Part shown: piece by piece, positions 1 through 8,305 of the stretch | How positions within the stretch are numbered: position 1 is the first letter of the stretch | How the letters are laid out: each line of letters starts with the position of its first letter | From: Pseudomonadota bacterium | GTDB lineage: Bacteria > Bdellovibrionota > Bdellovibrionia > Bdellovibrionales > SG-bin7 | Length of the DNA: 18,963 nucleotides | Reading direction: 5' to 3' | Assembly: GCA_034439715.1 (NCBI GenBank) | Contig: JAWXAY010000110.1 | Span: 1 to 18,963, forward strand | Made by a program: the position numbers and the translations under genes | Notes under the pieces: model-generated | Told to the model about the DNA's origin: nothing | Seen by the model: only the letters and a program-made list of their open reading frames with translations | The model's database searches: none

Positions 1-128
1 AAAATCTAAAAAAGACTCTCTCAGGACCCTTTAAGACCTCTAAACGAATACAACTAGACTTAGGATCCAAAAAATATATGCTTTAAATTGCCTATGCTTT
101 AAGTTTGTGAATGAGAGATTTAATATGC

Positions 129-737
129 CTAGCGCCGCTCAATCGTTTTTAACTTCGCCAAAACAAGACCCTTTGTTCTCAGTGAGGTAATTTTATCACA
201 GAAAACATAGGCTTTTTTCCAAGAAAATTTTTTAGGAATTTCTAGTTCAGGCAACTGCGTAAACTGTCTCGATTTAGAGGGTGCGAAATAAAAATAGTCG
301 ACCAGGGCCTTTTCGGGAGTAGCGAGCTTTAGGTAAGGTTTAAGGTACTCATATCCAGTAAAGAAACTAATATGGCAGTGATGAAATGAAAATGCTCCCA
401 CCGAAGAACGAAGTACCTTGGATCGAGCAAGCGTTACCGAATATGTTTGGGTCGGAATTTGTTCGATCATTCCATGAAAAAATAACGCTGAGTGAAGAGA
501 GATATAGCTCTCCTTTGGAGCGGTAAGGAACTCGGCAACTTGAAGTGGGTCAAAGCTTACATCTCGCATAACCCATTTACCCTGCCCGACTTTTTCAAGG
601 AAATCTTTGCCCCTTAATGTCTCAAGATACTTGCTCGCACGATCAGTTGAGATACCCAAGAGGTCGGCAATCTCTTTTGTTTGAAAAAGAGGAATTTGAA
701 TTTTACGAAGTTCACTTAAAAAATCAACGGCCGTCAC
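129..737 (-). CDS. abiEi: AbiEi-family type IV antitoxin (N-terminal winged HTH + AbiEi C-terminal domain)
   Basis: N-terminal HTH-like segment (TKEIADLLGISTDRASKYLETL...KVGQGKW) and AbiEi motifs SYISLHSALFFHGMIEQIP and ATPEKALVDYFY. The GTG start overlaps the TGA of the upstream toxin (GTGA, 734-737). Confidence 0.88.
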   Translation of the reverse strand: MTAVDFLSELRKIQIPLFQTKEIADLLGISTDRASKYLETLRGKDFLEKVGQGKWVMRDVSFDPLQVAEFLTAPKESYISLHSALFFHGMIEQIPTQTYSVTLARSKVLRSSVGAFSFHHCHISFFTGYEYLKPYLKLATPEKALVDYFYFAPSKSRQFTQLPELEIPKKFSWKKAYVFCDKITSLRTKGLVLAKLKTIERR

Positions 738-1501
738 GGCTTACTCCCGGGCAGTTTATCTATCAATTTAATGACCTCCTCTTGAAGTCGAATCCAGGTT
801 TCTGGCATTCCATAATGTTCTTGATAGTTGGCCATTATATAAGGCCAAACTTGAGATTTGAATTGATCAAATGTGATCGACGCCAAAGTCTTTATGGCCT
901 TCTGTTTATCCGCATTATTGATTTTAAATTGTAAGTCATTTTGAATAAGGTCTTTTAGAATTTTTAAGTCTATCACATCGCGAGCTTGCGTTTCTGTGCG
1001 ATGAACAAGGGCCCCAATTTTTTGTTCTATGGCTTCTGAAAGTTGATAATGTTGTAATAAAATTGGTTGGAGCTTATACATTGATATGAGTTGAGAGGGA
1101 ATCGGCTCAATTTTTCCGCCAACAACAGCTGCTCTACGACGAGAAAACTCTATTTTCGTAGGAATGGTTAAAGACTGCCCCCCCATTTTTAAATTTACTT
1201 TCCAGCGCTGCGTGGTTTCTGTCTGTTTTGGCGCGGACCAGTCAACTATTTCTATCGCCCGAGTGTTTTTTAATAAAAATCTAAAAGAATCATCTTTTAG
1301 TATTTTTTCGACGTTTTTTTTAAGTGTTTCAACAGAAGTTGTTTGCACATCAAAATCAATGTCTTCGGAGTATCTAAATGATTGGTAGTAAAAGCGAAGA
1401 TTACATCCGCCCTTCAAACAAAAAAGTTTTCGATCGACTTTTAGAGTAAGTCGGTGGGAGAAAAACAGGTGGAAGTACTCAATGGCTTCTCGAATGTTCA
1501 T
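734..1501 (-). CDS. abiEii: AbiEii/AbiGii-family nucleotidyltransferase toxin
   Basis: Pol-beta-like motifs LKGGCNLRFYYQSFRYSEDIDF, KIEFS and EQKIGAL..R...RDVIDL. Coupled to an AbiEi-like gene. Confidence 0.92.
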   Translation of the reverse strand: MNIREAIEYFHLFFSHRLTLKVDRKLFCLKGGCNLRFYYQSFRYSEDIDFDVQTTSVETLKKNVEKILKDDSFRFLLKNTRAIEIVDWSAPKQTETTQRWKVNLKMGGQSLTIPTKIEFSRRRAAVVGGKIEPIPSQLISMYKLQPILLQHYQLSEAIEQKIGALVHRTETQARDVIDLKILKDLIQNDLQFKINNADKQKAIKTLASITFDQFKSQVWPYIMANYQEHYGMPETWIRLQEEVIKLIDKLPGSKP

Positions 1502-1505
1502 AAAT

Positions 1506-1551
1506 TAATAATACACTATATTGAATTTAAGTTCAATATAGTGTATTATTA
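1506..1551. promoter_or_regulatory. 46-bp palindromic operator containing the abiE promoter (-35 TTGAAC, 17 bp, -10 TATTAT on the minus strand)
   Basis: TAATAATACACTATATTGAA (1506-1525) and TTCAATATAGTGTATTATTA (1532-1551) are exact reverse complements. Minus-strand -35 is at 1536-1531 and -10 at 1513-1508, 6 nt before the toxin ATG. AbiEi proteins are known to autorepress at promoter inverted repeats. Confidence 0.85.
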
Positions 1552-1807
1552 GATATCGTAATATACTGATTTAACTAATTTATTATCAAATTATATATTC
1601 TAGTATTACACTGTTTATGGTGCAGTCGAAGTTTTGGTCGTTAGAAGTAGGGTTAAAGTATCTGTAACATTATCTAAAGATCATATGGTTTAACGTACCA
1701 CTGTGAGATTATTTTTTATCTCAAAATTATAGACGTAGAAGTTATGCTCGGCTGTGCGGATGGTGTTCACTAAAAAGCGGTAAGATATTGAAAAAAATGG
1801 TTAAAGT

Positions 1808-1823
1808 TGGCATCTGACTTGCA
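1808..1823 (+). promoter_or_regulatory. Putative sigma54 -24/-12 promoter
   Basis: TGGCATCTGACTTGCA, GG-N10-GC, about 30 bp upstream of the ATG at 1853. Confidence 0.7.
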
Positions 1824-1852
1824 CGATAAGGGGTTTAGGCATTGGGGGATGA

Positions 1853-3267
1853 ATGGCAGTTGTTAAGCGAAATCGAAAATATGAGTTAATATTTCTCAAT
1901 ATTGCTGCAGTAGTTTTATTTTTTCAAAACTGTAGCGAGAAGTTACTTCCAACTGATGTAGCGACAAATTCATCTAATACTACTACAGGAGATAATGCGG
2001 GGAATACACCTACGCCAGATCCCAACGCACCTCCTGTTGTGCCGCCACCCCCGCCAGGCGTGATTCTTCCACCCAAGGTTGTGTCGCTATTAGAAAACAA
2101 AGGTCCGCTTTCGGGCGATCATTTATTAAAAATAAAACTAGCGAATATTCCTGTTGGCAAAAAAGTGGAAATATTTTTAAGTGCACAGGCTTGTCTAAAA
2201 ATGCAAATCATAAATATTACCGATGTGACATGCATTACTCCGGCTTCAGCAACAGCGCAAAAAACTGATGTGATACTTAAACTTGATAATGCCGCAGCAG
2301 ATATGTTGGTGATGGGTTACGAATATACGCCGAGTGAGAGCTTAACGGCGATTGCTACCGACCCAAATACTGCATTGGGACGACGGGGCGCCTTACCAGT
2401 GGTGGAAGGAAGTAAATTTTATCTTTGGGGCGGATTTGCAGGTGTATATATTGTTCAGGGCAGAGCGTATAACAAGGATGTTAATACATGGGAGGACATG
2501 GCAACGGCAAATCAGCCTACGCCCAGGGGATCACATGTGGCGATATCAACTGGTAGAGAGCTTATAGTTTGGGGTGGTTTTAATGGCGCCAATTTAAATA
2601 CAGGTGGCCGATATAATTATATGACTAAAACTTGGCTTCCTGTGAGTACAGTCGGCGCTCCCTCAGCACGAACTGGTTCTGCGGCGGTTTGGACGGGATC
2701 TAAAATGATTGTCTGGGGCGGCGGCGCTACTAACGCAGACCCATTGAATAATACTGGCGCCATATACGATCCTAATACAGATACCTGGGAGGCAATGCCT
2801 ATCCCCCCGCCGAAATTCACGGTCGATATTACCATCACGCTTATTGGGACGGAAAAGAAATGTTAGTTTGGGCTGGATATTCAGCAGGAGCAGGCTTTAA
2901 TTTAGTAGGAAACTATTTTGGCGCATTTAATCCAGTTACAAAACTATGGAGAAAAATCGACATAGCAAATCCCTTTCTCACAACCACTTTGCAATATTCT
3001 ATTGCTATCAGTACCGACGCGTCGTGGGCAACATTTACGGGCACTAAGTTTCTTTGGCAGGGATCAGTTTCAGTTGCTCGAGGTTTTGATGGTTCAGCTC
3101 CGAGAGCTATAGGAGTGGATCAAACAACATGGACAACGTTACCGCAGGGTTTACTTCCAACGGTGAATTTTGACGCCCGCACTGGTGATAGGAGGGCTGT
3201 TTACGACGGAAGGAATTTATTTATATTTGTTAATGGTGTATCAGGGTTTAAATACAGTTTTCCATGA
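1853..3267 (+). pseudogene. IPT/TIG + Kelch-repeat lipoprotein, split by a 1-nt frameshift at C6 (2803-2808)
   Basis: Lipobox FFQNC, Pro-rich linker, IPT-like domain (GPLSGD...VTCITPA) and Kelch repeats (IVWGG). The frame of ORF 2860-3267 continues upstream as AEIHGRYYHHAYWDGKEMLVWAG, a complete Kelch blade. One extra C restores a 471-aa ORF. Confidence 0.8.
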
Positions 3268-3284
3268 ACCAAGCAACCAAAGAA

Positions 3285-4040
3285 CTACTCAAGAGCAGCT
3301 GGCAAACGGAACTCTAAAGGCTTAACTAATATTTTCTCTGAATACCACTGCGCGAATAGCTGACCTAGGCGGGCATCGGCTGTGTAGACGTTATGAACAG
3401 AGAGGTAATCGCTAGCTTTCGAAAGCACGCCAGGGCCATAAGCGTTGATGACCATGAGGCGACTTTTTGTCGCTGGTGAGAGGGTATTTATAATATTAGC
3501 TAGGTTCTGGCTAGCTATGTAAACCACGCCCAAGGATTTGCCGTGAAGTTGAAACTTGCCGTTGATGTTAGTGCGAGACATTTCTGACAAGCCATAGTGC
3601 AGTGAGCGACGGGAATACTTTTGCTTAAAATAATTATGAAAAGCATTTCGAGAAGAGAATACTAAAAATGGATAATTTGAATACTTCGAAAGGTCTTTCG
3701 AAAAATCCTCAGTCGAGTGGGCAAATACGCTTTTGATTAGTTTATAACTCACATCCGCAATTGAACGGCTCAAAATTAGCGAACTGTAGGTTTTTAGATC
3801 AGGCACGTGAACGCCATCGAACTGCCCCAGCGCGTGTTTAGCCAAAAGAATTCTCTCGAGTGATTGATTCAGTCTTGTTTCGGAAATCTTTCCGGACTTT
3901 ATGGCGGTGATCATTGCCTTAACGGCACTTTTTTGTGCTAAGCGATTCCAGGCAATCATGATCATGTCGGCGCCCGCTAAAAAGGAATGCACGGCGCGCT
4001 CGCCCAGAGGTGAGCGATCGTCGGCGCCTTTCATCTCTAT
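3285..4040 (-). pseudogene. 3' part of a glycoside hydrolase family 3 (NagZ-like beta-N-acetylhexosaminidase), 5'-truncated
   Basis: IEMKGA...AVHSFLAGADMIMI...AIKSGKISETRLNQSLERILLAK is the end of the GH3 TIM barrel. The (I)TDD containing the catalytic Asp that should precede IEM is missing; upstream codons are the antisense of the neighbouring gene. Confidence 0.8.
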
Positions 4041-4042
4041 CC

Positions 4043-5464
4043 ATAGAGAATTTGGCCAACGGTGAGCATTCAATCAGTATACGCGCCACTGACTCAAACG
4101 GAATTAGTGCAGAAGCAACTCACCTTTGGAACGTTGATACCACTAATCCGACGATTTCATTAAACATGATTCCTGCTGCAGCTAATAATTTATCTAACAC
4201 TCAAATCGTCTTTTCTAGTTTTGATAACATTGGTCTAAAAGCAACTGAATGTTCAGTAGACAATGGGGCATATGCATCATGTGTGAGTCCATTTCAAAGA
4301 CAAAATATTTTAGAGGGTAATCATACGGTAGTTGTACGAGTTACAGACAAGGCTGGAAACTTAGCCACTGTCAATGCTCAATGGTTGACTGATCTCACGG
4401 TGCCCACAGTAATGCTTACCGCTATGCCGGCAGCCACCACAACTTTACAAACAGCGGCGTTTAGTTTTTTGGGCAATGATGCAAGTTCTTTAATTAAAAG
4501 TTATGAATGCCAAATTGATAACAGTGTTTTTTCAGCGTGTACGAGTCCAATGAATTTTGCCAACCTAGCAGTGGGTGCACACAGGTTTGGAGTTCGAGCC
4601 CTAGACAACGCTGGCAATACGTCACAAATTTCAAGTTATGCTTGGACCATCCTACTTGTGCCGCCGGCTATCACTACTCCATTAGTAAATGTTCTCGCCT
4701 ATTATCCTACGCCGGTTAGGTTAATTGTAGCGGCTACTGGCAGCCAACTTGTTTACCAATGGCTAAAAGACAATGTCGTTCTCGCTGGTAGAACGGCTGC
4801 CAATTTAATGATAGCTCCTTTGAGTAGAACCGATTCTGGAGTATATAGAGTCAATGTGTCGAATGCCGCTGCTACTGTAAGTTCACAAGCGACGGTGGAA
4901 GTGAGAACTCTCCTTGGGACTTGGTCAAAACCTTGTATACCAGGCGATCTATATAGCTTCACTGGCCAGCAGATCTATAATGCCAACAATACATTTTCTA
5001 TTTCATACGTCGTAAATGATACTCTGTGCACGCCAACTTTTCCTGGATTTTGGAGAGCTAGTTTTAGTGGTACATACACGCTGGGTAACATGATCACACT
5101 TGCAAACGGAAGGGAAGCGCAAGAGTACAATGGTTTTACTACATCCTATAATATGACACCGATAACTATAGAGGGTGTGCTTTACATGAATCAGAATGTG
5201 CTTTGCGGAATCAGCAATTGGGCGTTAAATGTAACTCGCAATACCTCGGCAATCGTTGGTTGCCAAGGTATTCCCGCGATATATAACAGTTATCGTCTAG
5301 ACAAAAACGCCGCCGGAACCGACTTTTTTATCTTGGGTGACAGGGCGACTGGCGATCAAACAGCTCCAAATAGGCGACCGACTGCCATGAACCCAAGTTT
5401 GATTTATACAAGGGTTGCGGTAAAGGCTAAATCGTTGTCCAATAAGTATTGGGGAAGTGTCTGA
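4043..5464 (+). pseudogene. Ig-like repeat surface protein (several Big-type repeats, one I-set-like Ig domain, C-terminal beta domain), 5'-truncated
   Basis: Repeated LxxGxHTxxVRAxDxAGN...WxxDxTxP units with CxxD...CxSP, and YQWLKD...DSGVYRVNVSN. The frame begins in mid-repeat with no signal peptide or RBS. Confidence 0.75.
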
Positions 5465-5531
5465 CCAAAGGGGCGCAGTTTAAACCTATTGGTTTTAATC
5501 AAAAAAATAGCCAATAAAGCGTTGAGATTGT

Positions 5532-5557
5532 GGACGGCTTCGGCCCCGTAGTCGTCC
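5532..5557. other. GC-rich stem-loop downstream of the Ig-repeat gene (possible terminator or stabiliser)
   Basis: GGACGGCT...AGTCGTCC pairing with one G-U. No clear U-tract. Confidence 0.3.
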
Positions 5558-5672
5558 GTGAGTAAATGAATAACCCCAAATTAAATATGTGTGGTTTTTT
5601 CATGATCGTAGATAAGGCTTGTGTTGGTTCTTTGGCAATGTATCTATCACTCAAAATCTCAGGAGGTCTATT

Positions 5673-6164
5673 ATGTCTCGTCTTGCTCACAAATTTTGCC
5701 TAGTTTTATTTGCGTTGAGCCTTGTTGGTTGCAAATGGATTAACATAGAAAATGGTCGAGTGCCCCAGGAGTTTCTGGTTAAGGCGCAGGAGTATTTGGG
5801 TGTGTATCATGGGGGATTTAACGGCCTGCCGGGCGCACTCATTATTGCTTTGGACGGCGACTATGTAAAAGTTAGTTTTGTTGATGGTAAGGGTAATGAC
5901 ATATTAGGCCTTGGATGTGAATCAAAAATTGGAGACTTGGATTATCTTAATGTTGAGGGCGATAGCCAAAATCCGACTTTGGGTAAGGCTATCTTTAAAT
6001 TTGACTCCAATAAGTGCAGTCGTGAGGTCCATGGAAAAACATTGAACATTCACTTTAGCACGGATAATGCCAGTAGAAATCTGGGGGTATTGATTGTGGA
6101 GCGCTATTATTTTGAGGATGCTGGCCACACATATTTAGAAGGCATGTTCACCAGAGCCAATTAG
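5673..6164 (+). CDS. Hypothetical lipoprotein (163 aa)
   Basis: AGGAGG (5661-5666) precedes the ATG at 5673, which is preferred over the ORF-track start at 5619. Signal peptide ends in lipobox LVGC. Confidence 0.8.
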   Translation: MSRLAHKFCLVLFALSLVGCKWINIENGRVPQEFLVKAQEYLGVYHGGFNGLPGALIIALDGDYVKVSFVDGKGNDILGLGCESKIGDLDYLNVEGDSQNPTLGKAIFKFDSNKCSREVHGKTLNIHFSTDNASRNLGVLIVERYYFEDAGHTYLEGMFTRAN

Positions 6165-6380
6165 TGTGTTGCTACTTTTTCCCCCTCGGTTTTCGATATG
6201 TAGCTATACTAGTACGATGATATGAGCCAGATGAGACAAAAAGTCCCATTACATAGATTGAAAGGTTCCCGTTTGGAACTCCACGAGTTCTAGGCGTTGA
6301 GTCAAGAAACGGAACAGAGTTTGCAGTCTTATTACGATGTTTCGATTGAAAGAAGGAGCATTATATTAAGGTGCCTCTGA

Positions 6381-6980
6381 CCAAGAAACACGGGCTCGGT
6401 TCTGGAAAAAAGCTTGAAACGGATGGAGGAGATTGTTGATCGGTCGTTGACTGAAGTTAGATTCCGCGTGGATCCAGAAGGTCATATTGAATCTAGTTAC
6501 TTGCTTCTGATCGTAGATCAAATTCTTGTGACCGCAAGGGTCGAGGCGGAATCAAAAAAACAAAAAATCGACATTGAAGTTGATCCGACTTTAGTAATTG
6601 AAGCTGACCAACAGGCCTTTCACTCAGCACTTTCCAATCTCATTCAGAACGCGCTCAAGTTCACTCCCGACGGGGGTAAAATTAAGGTGCGTGGCAAGGC
6701 AGTGGGAGACAAAATCGTAATTGAAGTAGAGGACGAATGCGGCGGTCTGTCTGGTACTCCGTCCGAACTTTTTAAGCCCTTCAAACAGACACATAAGAAT
6801 CGGAAAGGTCTTGGCTTAGGCCTTACCATCGCTCAGCGAGCAATTGAACTCAATCATGGAACAATCGAGGCGCGCAACCTCCCTAAAAAAGGCTGTGTGT
6901 TCTAAATCACTCTGCCCAAAATGACAAGCCAAAAAAAATCGAATACGAAACCGTACTACGAAAGCAACACTTCACATTAA
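6381..6980 (+). pseudogene. Sensor histidine kinase remnant (end of HisKA + HATPase_c)
   Basis: N box NLIQNALKFT, G1 EVEDECGG, F box LFKPF and G2 GLGLGLTI. No intact H-box or sensor region (TGA at 6378). An in-frame TAA at 6903-6905 interrupts the terminal GCVF*ITLPK motif. Confidence 0.8.
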
Positions 6981-7027
6981 TGCGGGATTGGCGAGCGAAA
7001 ACATTTTTCACTCGCCAATCCCGCATT
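6979..7027. repeat. 49-bp long palindrome (REP-like hairpin)
   Basis: AATGCGGGATTGGCGAG (6979-6995) and CTCGCCAATCCCGCATT (7011-7027) form a perfect 17-bp pair. After one mismatch there is GAAAA/TTTTC around a 3-nt loop. Confidence 0.85.
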
Positions 7028-7101
7028 CCGCGGACTCTGCTTACGCGCGGCTGACGCTGGGACTCGATTTAACCGTTGAAAATAAAATTAAAACCGAGGT
7101 T

Positions 7102-7305
7102 ATGAGTCTAAATAAATTTAAAGAGATGACAAAAGATTCGCCGTGGGCACGTGAGGCCGTTTGTATATCGAGGACAAATGACAGCACGGGGAATATTCTT
7201 TCTGGGAAACCCATGCGAGTTGAAACGTGGGTTCTTAAGAAATGGAATCAAACCAGCGACCAATGGACCGCCTTGGTTCTACAACGAGCCCAACAGGAAC
7301 TATGA
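7102..7305 (+). CDS. Small hypothetical protein or gene fragment (67 aa)
   Basis: GAGGT directly before the ATG at 7102. The longer ORF-track start runs through a palindrome and is unlikely. No recognisable family. Confidence 0.35.
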   Translation: MSLNKFKEMTKDSPWAREAVCISRTNDSTGNILSGKPMRVETWVLKKWNQTSDQWTALVLQRAQQEL

Positions 7306-8055
7306 AACGATGAGGTAACCGCGAGGCTTAATGCCGTCCAAACCTGCCATGCTTTTTATAAGCAAGTTGATGTCGATCCAAAGCCACTTGCCACACATAT
7401 TGACGTCAACAATGAGCGCCCTCCGAGAAGCAAGATCGAGTGCTCCGATCGGAGAAACGTGACCGCCACCGTTTAGTCCCCAAATTGCTCGATCAAAATT
7501 AGCGATAATGTACTGATCGGTACTACTTAGGGCGTGACAAATATTATCGAAATGACACTCGCTCAAAGGTTCAGTTACGTAGTTTAGCTTTGATGAAACG
7601 CCATGGCATAATAGCAACTCATGCATTTCACTAAGATTTAGTCCTGGAGAAAACAATTTATTTGAACATAAATTACCGTAGACTTCTGCTAAGGTTTTAA
7701 CTCTCGAGTGATTATCAAATATGTTTTTTTGAGTGTAACGAGCAAAGGAGGCGCAATAATCTTGGGGCAAAGTAGAATTCATCTGCTGCGCGAATCTTTC
7801 GTGTTCTGAATCTAAGGGTAATTGATTTGGGGAGTCCATTTTTAGGGCGTTTAACACGATCGCAACCGTTGCCGGTCCACACATAAATTTATCGGCTTGG
7901 GCCTCATAGAATCTGACAATTTTAGCAAATGGCTTGTTGGCCATAGTTCGCGAAAGCCAGGTTAGGCTTCGCTCGTCCTCCCAATATACGATTTCCCTCC
8001 CGTCAAACGGTGTGACAAAAGGCCCGATAGACGGTAGGCGCAGACTCACTGACAT
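7300..8055 (-). CDS. Phytochelatin synthase-like protein (papain-fold peptidase C83)
   Basis: Q..(FM)CGPATVAIVLNAL (Cys), GGHVSPIGA (His), LIVDVN (Asp), plus YIIANFDR and RGYLIVS. GGAG RBS. Confidence 0.9.
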   Translation of the reverse strand: MSVSLRLPSIGPFVTPFDGREIVYWEDERSLTWLSRTMANKPFAKIVRFYEAQADKFMCGPATVAIVLNALKMDSPNQLPLDSEHERFAQQMNSTLPQDYCASFARYTQKNIFDNHSRVKTLAEVYGNLCSNKLFSPGLNLSEMHELLLCHGVSSKLNYVTEPLSECHFDNICHALSSTDQYIIANFDRAIWGLNGGGHVSPIGALDLASRRALIVDVNMCGKWLWIDINLLIKSMAGLDGIKPRGYLIVS

Positions 8056-8147
8056 TCATACTCCCATGGCAAAAAAAGTCACAGTGTCTATTGTTAAGAT
8101 ACTCGTAACTTACGTATTTCATTTAACGAACGCTCGGACTTAGACAT

Positions 8148-8163
8148 TGCAGAATTTAGGCCA
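8148..8163 (-). promoter_or_regulatory. Possible sigma54 -24/-12 promoter for the PCS-like gene
   Basis: Minus strand TGGCCTAAATTCTGCA, GG-N10-GC, about 90 bp upstream of the start. Confidence 0.4.
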
Positions 8164-8305
8164 CTTTGGAGGGTTTAAAAACGAAATGCTGCTAGGACAG
8201 AATGTTCCCCTTTTTTATTTTGCTGTAATTTTTTCCCTGATTTTTTCTAGTGTGTTGTTGCTAGAGAACATGTGGTAAATCCTGCAACCTAACAAGGAGC
8301 CACTT

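Noticed and set aside
77..102. Direct repeat TATGCTTTAA x2 (16-bp period) downstream of abiEi
   Set aside because: Only two short AT-rich copies near the window edge; no function can be supported.
617..1388. Plus-strand ORFs 617-934 and 1164-1388
   Set aside because: Antisense to the well-supported abiE genes; no RBS or motifs.
4010..4073. ORF-track N-termini of the 262-aa and 484-aa ORFs
   Set aside because: Each is just the antisense reading of the other gene across the breakpoint, not a real start.
6242..6352. CRISPR-like repeat ends (ATTGAAAG twice)
   Set aside because: Only two copies, poorly similar beyond 9 bp, 88 bp apart, and no cas genes in the window.
6988..7101. 5' extension of the 105-aa ORF
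   Set aside because: The TTG start lies inside a long palindrome without an RBS; the ATG at 7102 is more plausible.
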